Source of the DNA: Patescibacteria group bacterium
Lineage (GTDB): Bacteria; Patescibacteriota; Patescibacteriia; UM-FILTER-42-10
DNA: 64,000 nucleotides
Direction of reading: 5' to 3'
Assembly: GCA_018825385.1 (NCBI GenBank)
Contig: JAHJEX010000074.1
Span: forward strand, 997-64,996
Made by a program: the position numbers and the translations under genes. The first letter of the stretch is position 1. Each line of letters begins with the position of its first letter. Under the pieces are notes generated by a model that was not told the DNA's origin, ran no database searches, and saw nothing but the letters and a program-made list of their open reading frames with translations. This document shows, piece by piece, positions 18,088 to 26,695 of this stretch.

Positions 18088-19497
18088 ATGAAGAAACTTA
18101 TTATATTTGCAGTTGCAATTTTGCTTGCATTTCCACTATCTGTCTTTGCATATACAAAGACGCGTGCACCGGAGATTCGTGTGTTTGATTCAGATGGAGA
18201 GATGAAAAGAAATCTGACTGTGTACCCTGAAGATTTTTATGGAGGGGTTTCCGTTGCTTCGTGTGATATAGATGGAAACGGGAAAGATGAAATTATTGTG
18301 GGCGCAGGCCCGGGCGGTGGACCAAACGTAAAAATTGTCTGGCCCTATTCACTGAAGATAACCGGATTTCTGGCTTATGCAGAAACTTTCAGAAAAGGAG
18401 TAACAGTTGCCTGTGGCGATCTGAATGGTGATGGTGAGATAGAAATAGTTACAGGTTCAGGATCAGGAGGTGGACCACACATCAGAATATTTGATACCGA
18501 GGGAAATCAAAAGTTTACTCCGGGATTCTTTGCGTTTGGTGAAAATATGCGAGGTGGTGTAAACGTAGCTGTGGGTGATGTGGATGGGGATGGGAAAGAT
18601 GATATTGTCGCAGCACCTGGTTCATCCGGAGGATCGCATGTTAGGGTATTTAACTTTCGTGGTGATTATAAGGGGATAGATTTCTTTCCGTTTCGAGAGG
18701 GCGACAGGGGAGGAGTTTCGTTAGCTGTGGGAAACTTTGATGGTGGGCCGGAAGATGAGATAGTAGTAGCAGTAGAAAAGTTTGGCAAAGCTTGGACAAA
18801 GATCTATAAATTTAATGAATCAAGAACTATCCTTGGTGAATTTGATGCCTACCCCGATTACTTTGAAGGTGGAATTAGGGTAGGTGCGGGTGACGTGGAT
18901 AATGATGGATTTGATGAGGTGATTGTCGCTCCGACAAGAGCAGGTGGTCCACATGTTAGAATGTTTGAAGCACACGGTGAATTGATTGATAATTCCATAT
19001 TTGCTTATGAAGAAGATTTTCGAGGGGGCGTGAATCTTGCAAGTGGTGATATTACCGGAAATGGACAAGATGACATTATTACTGCCCCTGCTGGATGGTT
19101 CAGCGAAAACAGGCCTGATCATTATAAATATATTGAGGTTAACCTAACGGAACAGAAGCTCTATGCTTATGAGAATGATAAATTAGTGGATTCTTTTCTT
19201 ATCTCATCAGGAATTAAGGGAAAATATGATACGCCGATAGGAGAATACAGTGTGTTTCTGAAACGTGAATCCACTGATATGAGCTGGTTCTATGGTCCAG
19301 ATGATCCGGATAACTATGACTTAGAGGATGTGCCTCATGTTCTATCATTTTCAGGCGCATATACGATTCATGGAACTTATTGGCACAATAATTTTGGATA
19401 TCGAATGAGCCATGGGTGCGTAAATATGTCACGTGAGGATTCTGCCTGGCTTTATCAATGGGCAAATCTAGGAATTCCAGTTATTGTTCACGACTGA
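18088..19497 (+). CDS. Secreted FG-GAP-repeat beta-propeller + L,D-transpeptidase domain protein (paralog of 15563..16990).
   Basis: Signal peptide. The same repeat architecture (GDLNGDGEIEIV, GDVDGDGKDDIV). C-terminal SHGCVNM LDT motif. Confidence 0.75.
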   Translation: MKKLIIFAVAILLAFPLSVFAYTKTRAPEIRVFDSDGEMKRNLTVYPEDFYGGVSVASCDIDGNGKDEIIVGAGPGGGPNVKIVWPYSLKITGFLAYAETFRKGVTVACGDLNGDGEIEIVTGSGSGGGPHIRIFDTEGNQKFTPGFFAFGENMRGGVNVAVGDVDGDGKDDIVAAPGSSGGSHVRVFNFRGDYKGIDFFPFREGDRGGVSLAVGNFDGGPEDEIVVAVEKFGKAWTKIYKFNESRTILGEFDAYPDYFEGGIRVGAGDVDNDGFDEVIVAPTRAGGPHVRMFEAHGELIDNSIFAYEEDFRGGVNLASGDITGNGQDDIITAPAGWFSENRPDHYKYIEVNLTEQKLYAYENDKLVDSFLISSGIKGKYDTPIGEYSVFLKRESTDMSWFYGPDDPDNYDLEDVPHVLSFSGAYTIHGTYWHNNFGYRMSHGCVNMSREDSAWLYQWANLGIPVIVHD

Positions 19498-19509
19498 TAC
19501 TGTCGTTAT

Positions 19510-19538
19510 TTGATGATTATGTAATTATTGTGTATAAT
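19510..19538 (+). promoter_or_regulatory. Sigma70-type promoter TTGATG-17-TATAAT upstream of secD.
   Basis: TTGATG at 19510-19515, a 17-nt spacer, TATAAT at 19533-19538. Confidence 0.5.
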
Positions 19539-19583
19539 TTTTACAGTGTTTAACTAAACTTTTTTATTTTGATTAAGTAATAT

Positions 19584-21248
19584 ATGGGAATGCGCAAAAA
19601 GCTTTGGGTCAGCCTCCTGCTAATCGCAGTTTTAGCTGGTCTAGCTGGGTTGGTTGATTGGCCAAAAGGTCCTGATATAAGAATTGGGGATTATTTTAAG
19701 GAGATAAAAGTCCATCTCGGATTAGATTTGCAGGGAGGAACTCATTTAGTTTACAAAGCTGATACAGTCGATATTCCTTCCTCTGAAAGGACAGAAGCGA
19801 TAGAAGGAGTTCGTGATGTTATAGAAAGAAGGGTTAACTCTTTTGGTGTTTCAGAACCGGTAGTCCAGACGAATAAATCAGGCGATGAATACAGGGTGAT
19901 CGTTGAACTTCCAGGAGTAACTGATGTAACTCAGGCAATCCAAATGATAGGGGAAACGCCTTTGTTGGAATTCAGAGAGCAGGCGGCACCAGAATTCGAT
20001 GAAGATCAAAACCAGGCAATGGAAGCTTATAATGCTGACGCAAGGATTAGGGCTGAAGAAATATTGTTAGCTGCTTTAGATGATGCAAACGACTTTGCTG
20101 AACTTGCAAAGGAAAAAAGTGAAGGTCCGTCAGCAGAAAGCGGTGGGGATTTAGGTGAATTTGGCCGCGGTGCTATGGTTCCGGAGTTTGATGAGGTAGT
20201 TTTTGAGAAAGCTGAAGTCGGAAAAGTCTATCCAGAATTAGTAGAAACCATGTTTGGCTATCATATTATAAAGGTTGAGAACAGAATAACGAGTGTGAAT
20301 GATGAAGGCGTGGAGGAAGAAAAAGCTACTGCGCGACACATTTTGGTTCAAATACAGTCTGAAGAAGCTGCGGCCTCGACAAATTATGTAAACACAGGTC
20401 TTTCCGGAAAACATCTAGATAGCGCTCAAGTACAGTTTGATCAGTCCACCGGACAGCCGGAAATAAATCTTAGGTTTAATAGTGAAGGAAAAGACTTATT
20501 TGCTGAAATAACAAAGCGTAATTTAGGAAAGCCTGTAGCAATCTATTTAGATCATGCTCCAATAAGTATTCCAATTGTCCAGGCAGAAATAACATCTGGG
20601 GAAGCGGTAATAACTGGCAGCTTCACATTGGAAGAGGCAAAAATACTTACAAGAAGACTTAATTCTGGTGCACTGCCAATTCCGATTTCACTTCTAAATC
20701 AGCAGAATATTGGCGCAACATTGGGACAGGAATCAGTGGAAAGAAGCTTGTTTGCAGGAATACTAGGGCTAGTTCTAGTTGCCATATTTATGATTGCATA
20801 TTATCGACTGCCAGGTTTACTATCAGTAATTGCATTAACTATTTATTCCCTGCTTGTGCTCGCAGTATTTAAACTGTGGCCAGTTACATTAACGCTTGCT
20901 GGAATTGCTGGATTTATATTATCTATCGGTATGGCCGTTGATGCGAATGTACTTATTTTTGAAAGATTAAAGGAGGAATTAAGACGTGGAAAGCCAATAC
21001 TAAGTGCAGTTGAAGATGGATTTAAACGCGCGTGGCCATCAATACGAGATTCAAATGTTTCATCACTCATTACGTGTGTTATTCTTATTTGGTTCGGCAC
21101 AAGCTTAATTAAAGGTTTTGCAATAACATTAGGAATCGGAATACTGCTTAGTATGTTTTCAGCAATTACTGTCACCAGAAATTTCCTAAGAATTTCTGCA
21201 CTCAAGAAATGGAAGGGTTTTTGGTTGTTTGGAGTAAAAAATAAATAG
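19584..21248 (+). CDS. secD: Protein-export membrane protein SecD with an inserted parvulin (PpiC-type) PPIase domain in the periplasmic P1 region.
   Basis: SecD N-terminal and C-terminal TM blocks (LDLQGGTHLVY..., GIAGFILSIGMAVDANVLIFERLKEE). Residues ~140-225, NDFAELAKEKSEGPSAESGGDLGEFGRGAMVPEFDEVVFE...FGYHIIKV, align almost motif-for-motif with E. coli PpiC/parvulin. Confidence 0.85.
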   Translation: MGMRKKLWVSLLLIAVLAGLAGLVDWPKGPDIRIGDYFKEIKVHLGLDLQGGTHLVYKADTVDIPSSERTEAIEGVRDVIERRVNSFGVSEPVVQTNKSGDEYRVIVELPGVTDVTQAIQMIGETPLLEFREQAAPEFDEDQNQAMEAYNADARIRAEEILLAALDDANDFAELAKEKSEGPSAESGGDLGEFGRGAMVPEFDEVVFEKAEVGKVYPELVETMFGYHIIKVENRITSVNDEGVEEEKATARHILVQIQSEEAAASTNYVNTGLSGKHLDSAQVQFDQSTGQPEINLRFNSEGKDLFAEITKRNLGKPVAIYLDHAPISIPIVQAEITSGEAVITGSFTLEEAKILTRRLNSGALPIPISLLNQQNIGATLGQESVERSLFAGILGLVLVAIFMIAYYRLPGLLSVIALTIYSLLVLAVFKLWPVTLTLAGIAGFILSIGMAVDANVLIFERLKEELRRGKPILSAVEDGFKRAWPSIRDSNVSSLITCVILIWFGTSLIKGFAITLGIGILLSMFSAITVTRNFLRISALKKWKGFWLFGVKNK

Positions 21249-21255
21249 CCCAAAT

Positions 21256-22149
21256 ATGTATAATATTATTGGTACAAGAAAAACATGGTTCTCACTTTCA
21301 GCAATATTGATTGTTGCAAGTGTTATATTTCTTGCAATGGGAGGCCTGAAATTAGGAATTGATTTTACAGGTGGGTCGCTTTTGCAAGTGCAGTTTGAAG
21401 ATGTTAGACCTACTGCTCAGGAAGTCCAATCAAATATAGAGAAATTAGAATTGGGTGAGATAGTTGTCCAGCCAGTTAAAGATACTGAGATTATGATCCG
21501 AATGAAGGCTATTGGAAATGATATGAGAGAAAGCATTCTAGCCTCGTTAACTGAGGAATTTGGCGTTGTTCATGAGATGGCGTTTGAATCTATTGGCCCT
21601 ACAATTGGTAAAGAACTAAGACAAAAAGCTATTATTGCCATCCTCATCGTTATGCTAGCAATTATTGCATACGTGTCTTGGGCATTTCGAAAAATTTCAA
21701 GCGGACCGGTTCCCGCATATGTCTTCGGTTTGTGTGCTATTATTGCGCTGGCACATGATATATTGATCGTAACAGGTATATTTGCAGCCCTTGGGTATTT
21801 TCTCGAAGTGGAGATCGGTGCGTTATTTGTGACGGCTTTGTTAACAATTCTCGGTTTTTCTGTGCACGACACAATAGTTGTCTATGATCGGATAAGAGAG
21901 GGAATTCTAAGGGGGTCAACTACCGATTTCAGAACTATATTAAACACCGCGATCAATGCGACCTTGGTTCGATCCCTAAATACCTCTATTACAACACTGT
22001 TTGTTTTAGTTGCTTTGTATTTGTTTGGTGGGGAATCAATTAAATATTTTGTTCTTGCCTTGATTTTAGGCATTATACTAGGTACTTACTCATCAATATT
22101 TATTGCCAGCCCACTTTTGTTGCTCTGGAAGCGTTTCTTCTCAAAATAG
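21256..22149 (+). CDS. secF: Protein-export membrane protein SecF.
   Basis: 297 aa with 6 TM helices. SecF motifs (GIDFTGGS, FSVHDTIVVYDRIRE). Immediately downstream of secD. Confidence 0.85.
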   Translation: MYNIIGTRKTWFSLSAILIVASVIFLAMGGLKLGIDFTGGSLLQVQFEDVRPTAQEVQSNIEKLELGEIVVQPVKDTEIMIRMKAIGNDMRESILASLTEEFGVVHEMAFESIGPTIGKELRQKAIIAILIVMLAIIAYVSWAFRKISSGPVPAYVFGLCAIIALAHDILIVTGIFAALGYFLEVEIGALFVTALLTILGFSVHDTIVVYDRIREGILRGSTTDFRTILNTAINATLVRSLNTSITTLFVLVALYLFGGESIKYFVLALILGIILGTYSSIFIASPLLLLWKRFFSK

Positions 22150-22165
22150 CTGATTATAGTGCCGT

Positions 22166-22196
22166 AACTGCATTATTAGAAATGGCAGTTTTTTGT
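22166..22196 (+). terminator. Weak candidate intrinsic terminator after secF.
   Basis: AACTGC / 13-nt loop / GCAGTT followed by TTTTGTT. The loop is large, so confidence is low. Confidence 0.25.
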
Positions 22197-22209
22197 TACT
22201 ACCATTTTC

Positions 22210-22238
22210 TTGACACATATTCAAGGTTATGCTATACT
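22210..22238 (+). promoter_or_regulatory. Canonical sigma70 promoter TTGACA-17-TATACT driving the 22277-26603 operon.
   Basis: Perfect -35 TTGACA at 22210-22215, a 17-nt spacer, TATACT at 22233-22238. About 35 nt upstream of the ATG at 22277. Confidence 0.6.
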
Positions 22239-22276
22239 AAAATTAGTTAAATTGTGAATTCAAATGCTCTCAAAAT

Positions 22277-23431
22277 ATGAGCGACCAAAGTTCAATTCTA
22301 GATAAAGTTATTAACTCAAAACAAGAGGCAGAAATTGAGGGATTCAGTCCTAGCGAGACCGTTTCTTTATTGTTGAAGTATCTAACAAACAAGGAAGAAG
22401 ACGTTCTAAGACGTCGATTTGGGTTAAACGGTCAAGCAAAAGAGACGTTGGAGGCTATTGGGAAGGCATATAACGTTACTCGTGAGAGGATTCGGCAGAT
22501 AGAAAGCTCTGCGATCAAAAAAATTAAGGGATTAAGAGAATTTGGAGGAGTATCTACAGATTTTGAGCACACCATTTCAAATGTACTTGCTCGCAACGGC
22601 GGGATTATGGATGAAAATTCGCTTTTGCGGGAGTTACTAAATTTTGCCTCAGACAATCCGCTAAATAATAATTGTGCGGTATTTATTTTGGAGGAACTAG
22701 TTTCTAAAAAAATAGTCCGTGTGCCAGCATCGACTAGCGTTGAAAAGTCATGGAGCCTTCCCCATGTTTCAATGGATTTTGTTAATGAAACAATTGGACA
22801 ATTGATTCGAATTCTTGAGAATGATGACAAGCCACTAAAGCTTGATGAGCTTTTAGAAAAGTTTCACCAAACTGACTATTATGCAGGCAAGAATGAAGCT
22901 CTGACAGATGAAGGTAATCATTCTTACATAAATTTAAGTAAAAAGATTGATAATAATCCATTTGATGAATATGGATTAGCAAAGTGGGGATCAATCAACC
23001 CTAAGCGGATGAAAGATAAAATATACCTGGTTTTGAAGAAAGAAAAAAAGCCATTACACTTTAATAAAATTACTGATCTAATAAACAAGGTTAAGTTTGA
23101 TAGACGAAAGGCATATCCACCAACTGTTCATAACGAATTAATTCTGAATAATGATTTTGTCCTAGTTGGTAGAGGAATATATGCGCTTAAAGAATGGGGC
23201 TATAAACCTGGCGTTGTTTCGGATGTGCTGATAAAAATCCTCGAAAAAGCTGATAATCCATTATCAAGAGACGAGCTAGTCAAACGCGTGCTTGAACAGA
23301 GGGTTGTTAGGAAAAATACGATTCATTTGGCGCTTACGGATAAAACCAAGTTTACGAAACTTCCTGATAAACGCTATTCCCTAAATAGCGAAACGCCTGA
23401 TCAGGAAGTTGTAGAGCCAACATCTATTTAA
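22277..23431 (+). CDS. Sigma-70 region 4 (HTH) domain protein with C-terminal HARE-HTH-like winged helix. Putative DNA-binding regulator.
   Basis: Residues ~30-85, EEDVLRRRFGLNGQAKETLEAIGKAYNVTRERIRQIESSAIKKIKG, closely match RpoD region 4.2. The C-terminal block KIYLVLKKEKKPLHFNKITDLI...FVLVGRGIYALKEWGY matches the HARE-HTH / RpoE-delta N-terminal pattern. Confidence 0.6.
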   Translation: MSDQSSILDKVINSKQEAEIEGFSPSETVSLLLKYLTNKEEDVLRRRFGLNGQAKETLEAIGKAYNVTRERIRQIESSAIKKIKGLREFGGVSTDFEHTISNVLARNGGIMDENSLLRELLNFASDNPLNNNCAVFILEELVSKKIVRVPASTSVEKSWSLPHVSMDFVNETIGQLIRILENDDKPLKLDELLEKFHQTDYYAGKNEALTDEGNHSYINLSKKIDNNPFDEYGLAKWGSINPKRMKDKIYLVLKKEKKPLHFNKITDLINKVKFDRRKAYPPTVHNELILNNDFVLVGRGIYALKEWGYKPGVVSDVLIKILEKADNPLSRDELVKRVLEQRVVRKNTIHLALTDKTKFTKLPDKRYSLNSETPDQEVVEPTSI

Positions 23432-23440
23432 TATTCAAAA

Positions 23441-24883
23441 ATGGAAATTTCTATAGATCTTACATCATTGGTTGAACGTGGTGTACAGAATCCGCTTGCA
23501 CTTGCATGGTGGATTTTTGTAAAAGGTGGCTGGGTCGTTTTTTTGATAATTTTTATGGTGGGATTGTATTTTGCGAAGCTTGAGCATGCAAGGAGAAAAT
23601 ACCGAGAGACCGCAGAGCCAGTTTTACTAGCGCTGGATATTCCAAAGGAAAACGAGCAAAGTCTGAAAGCCATTGAACAAATATTTGCGCAGTTACATGC
23701 AAATGAATCCCATGCCAATAAGCTACAGCGATTTTGGCAGGGAAAGGTCCAGAGTCGGTATTCCCTTGAATTGGTAAGCATTGATGGATATATTCAGTAT
23801 TTGATCAGGTCTGATAAAGATAATAGAGATTTAGTTGAAGCAGCAATATATGCTCAATACCCAGATGCGGAGATTACAGAGGTTGGCGACTACACTGACT
23901 CTGTGCCAAATCAATTTCCAAACAAGGATTATGATTTGTGGGGAGCAGAGTTTGTGCTAGCAAAAAATGACGCATATCCCATTCGTACTTATCGTAATTT
24001 TGAGCATACTTTAACTCAAAAATTTGCTGATCCAATGGCTTCGCTACTTGAGGCTCTATCGCGTCTACAGCCTGGGGAACAGACGTGGTTACAGATAATA
24101 ATTACACCTACAGGGTCCGGATGGACCAAAAATGCGGATCGCCTGGTAAAAAAACTAATAGGAGAAAAAACTGCGAGAAAAAAGGGAATGCTTTCTCCGC
24201 TTGCTGACTCTGCAAAAGGTTTTGGCAATGAAGCGGTAAATCAATTGTTGGGGGGAAGTACAGGCTCAACAGAAAAAAGCAGTTCCGAAAAGGAGGAGCA
24301 GAACAAAATAAAATTTCTAACTGCTGGTGCTCAAAGTGTTGTCGAGGCAATTGAAGAAAAAATGGCAAAAATTGCATTTCGAACAAAAATTCGTTTGGTC
24401 TATATTGCAAAGAAGGAAATCTTTGATAAAAATCGAGGCGTGAGACCTGTAAGAGGAGCTATCCTACAGTATAACACTCAAAATCTCAATGCATTTGAAA
24501 CTCATAAAAAAACTAAAACAAAGGCTGATTACATAAGAGTTGATAAGCGAATTGCCCATAAGCAGAGAAAAATTTTACGAGCATATAAAATGCGAGCAAA
24601 TCACTTAGGGATTGGTGAAGGATTCATTATGAATATTGAGGAATTAGCAAGTATATTTCACTTTCCAATTGCAGAAATCACAGTTCCACCTGTTCAAAGA
24701 ACTGAAGTGCGTAAAGGAGGAGCGCCAACGACATTACCGCGTGAATTTATGTCCACATCCGGGATACCTCTCCAAACTCCAGGTGCAAAAATTGCAACTG
24801 ATCAGCCTATGCCAAGAGCAGGTATACCTGAAAATCTTCCTATAGAGATTAATAATACTGACGAATCAAAAGATGGTGAATAG
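23441..24883 (+). CDS. Bitopic membrane protein (one N-terminal TM, large soluble domain), function unknown. Candidate membrane partner of the downstream ATPase.
   Basis: Single ~25-aa hydrophobic segment near the N-terminus. No recognisable catalytic motif. Begins 10 nt after the upstream gene and overlaps the downstream ATPase by 11 nt. Confidence 0.5.
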   Translation: MEISIDLTSLVERGVQNPLALAWWIFVKGGWVVFLIIFMVGLYFAKLEHARRKYRETAEPVLLALDIPKENEQSLKAIEQIFAQLHANESHANKLQRFWQGKVQSRYSLELVSIDGYIQYLIRSDKDNRDLVEAAIYAQYPDAEITEVGDYTDSVPNQFPNKDYDLWGAEFVLAKNDAYPIRTYRNFEHTLTQKFADPMASLLEALSRLQPGEQTWLQIIITPTGSGWTKNADRLVKKLIGEKTARKKGMLSPLADSAKGFGNEAVNQLLGGSTGSTEKSSSEKEEQNKIKFLTAGAQSVVEAIEEKMAKIAFRTKIRLVYIAKKEIFDKNRGVRPVRGAILQYNTQNLNAFETHKKTKTKADYIRVDKRIAHKQRKILRAYKMRANHLGIGEGFIMNIEELASIFHFPIAEITVPPVQRTEVRKGGAPTTLPREFMSTSGIPLQTPGAKIATDQPMPRAGIPENLPIEINNTDESKDGE

Positions 24884-26603
24884 TAATGAAATAACAGTTT
24901 TCGCGGAAACTAATTTTCGTAACAAGAAAGTCAGATTTGGCATCAAAGAAGATGACCGAAGACGACATATATATTTGATTGGGAAAACTGGTGTAGGTAA
25001 ATCAAACTGTATCGAAAATATGGTGATTTCAGATATACAAAGAGGTCGTGGCGTTGCTCTTGTGGATCCGCACGGAGAATCAGTTGAAAAAGTAGTTAAG
25101 TATATCCCATCAAATAGAGTTAATGATGTTGTTTACTTTAATCCGTCTGATACAGAGCATCCTATTGCGTTTAATATACTTGAGGAGGTTAATCCTCAAT
25201 ATAAAAATTTGATTGCATCTGGGTTAGTTGGCGTGTTTAAAAAGATATGGGCGGACTCGTGGGGACCTAGGCTTGAGTACATTCTGATGAATACTATCTT
25301 AGCATTGCTAGAGAATCCTGGAAGCACTCTTTTAGGTATTACAAGATTATTGGTTGATAAGACTTACCGCAAAAAAATTGTTTCTAACCTCACTGACCCG
25401 ATTGTTAAGGCATTTTGGATTGATGAGTATGCAAACTATAATGAACGATTCAGAACGGAGGCAATTTCTCCAATACAGAATAAGGTTGGTCAGTTTCTTT
25501 CTAGCGCAATAATTAGGAATATAGTTGGACAGCCAAAAAGCACGATTGACATGAGAAACATAATGGATAAGAAGAAAATTCTTCTGATGAACCTTGCAAA
25601 AGGAAGGATTGGGGAAGAAAATTCTGCTCTTCTTGGCGCAATGATGATCACTAAGCTTCAATTAGCAGCAATGAGCCGAGTGGATGTCGCAGAGGAAGAT
25701 CGAGAGGATTTCTATTTATACGTTGATGAGTTTCAAAATTTTTCTACAGAAAGTTTTGCAAATATATTGTCTGAGGCGAGAAAATATAGATTGAATCTTA
25801 CTATTGCTCACCAATATATTGAGCAATTAGGTGACGTAGTAAAAGCAGCTGTGTTTGGTAATGTTGGTACCATTGTTTGTTTCAGGGTCGGCGCAGAAGA
25901 CGCTGAATTCCTCGAAAAAGAATTTGAGCCGTATTTTCTTCTGAATGATTTAGTAAATCTTCCAAAATATAATGTTTATATGAAACTGATGATTGATGGT
26001 ATTGCCTCAGCGCCATTCAGTGCAACAATTCTTCCGCCAATCCAGGGAGAAACTGGCAACCTGGAAAAAATTATTACATCATCACGTGAAAGATATGCTA
26101 GACCATTAAAAGTTGTTGAAGAGAAAATACTCAGATGGAGTGGCGTTGAGGAGATGTACAGAGGTGACGCTAATGAAGAAACTGTAACGAAGCCAGCTCC
26201 ACAGTACAAAAAGCCAGTTAGCAGTAGCAATAAAATCACTGAAAACAATGAACGTGTACCTAACGAAAGTAAATCAAAACCAAAATCTGTGGTAAAGATT
26301 TCGGAAGGTCCGGTCGAGCCTGAGATTGATCTGCCACCGACGGAAATCCGCCTAAATGATGCACTACAACAAGGTCCTGTTTCTTTTAGTGAATCAAGAA
26401 AAAGAAATCCAGTATCAACTCAAAATAGTAACAGAAAGCAAGGGGATAGAAACAGAAAGAAAAAACGTCGCAAACCGAAACCTCATCATGCTAAAGAACA
26501 AATTCCACGGTTAGAGCCAAAATCAGATAATGATCAAACCCTACAGCAACAATCTAACAATTATATCCTAGAGCAAGGAAAAAGTGTAAAGTTTGATAAG
26601 TAG
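24873..26603 (+). CDS. TraD/TrwB/VirD4-family (type IV coupling-protein-like, FtsK/HerA superfamily) P-loop ATPase, with no TM anchor and a basic C-terminal tail.
   Basis: Walker A LIGKTGVGKS and Walker B LYVDEFQNF. Overall ~400-aa NTPase core. No N-terminal TM helices. The last ~150 aa are K/R/S/P/Q-rich (NRKQGDRNRKKKRRKPKPHH). Confidence 0.7.
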   Translation: MVNSNEITVFAETNFRNKKVRFGIKEDDRRRHIYLIGKTGVGKSNCIENMVISDIQRGRGVALVDPHGESVEKVVKYIPSNRVNDVVYFNPSDTEHPIAFNILEEVNPQYKNLIASGLVGVFKKIWADSWGPRLEYILMNTILALLENPGSTLLGITRLLVDKTYRKKIVSNLTDPIVKAFWIDEYANYNERFRTEAISPIQNKVGQFLSSAIIRNIVGQPKSTIDMRNIMDKKKILLMNLAKGRIGEENSALLGAMMITKLQLAAMSRVDVAEEDREDFYLYVDEFQNFSTESFANILSEARKYRLNLTIAHQYIEQLGDVVKAAVFGNVGTIVCFRVGAEDAEFLEKEFEPYFLLNDLVNLPKYNVYMKLMIDGIASAPFSATILPPIQGETGNLEKIITSSRERYARPLKVVEEKILRWSGVEEMYRGDANEETVTKPAPQYKKPVSSSNKITENNERVPNESKSKPKSVVKISEGPVEPEIDLPPTEIRLNDALQQGPVSFSESRKRNPVSTQNSNRKQGDRNRKKKRRKPKPHHAKEQIPRLEPKSDNDQTLQQQSNNYILEQGKSVKFDK

Positions 26604-26695
26604 CGCACAATCACAAAAACCCAATTGCAATGTCTGTGAGTTTTTGATATACCTTGGTTCTTAATATCGCGTTAATGTCATATACTAGTAATAAG

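Noticed and set aside
21966-21975. GGTTCGATCC, a tRNA T-arm-like decamer
   Set aside because: Lies inside the secF coding frame (encodes LVRSL) and has no flanking acceptor or anticodon stem structure. No tRNA genes were found in the window.
26654-26695. Longer N-terminus for mnmA (MVLNIALMSYTSNK...)
   Set aside because: MnmA homologs begin only a few residues before the SGGVDSS PP-loop, so the downstream Met (26696) was preferred. The choice remains uncertain.
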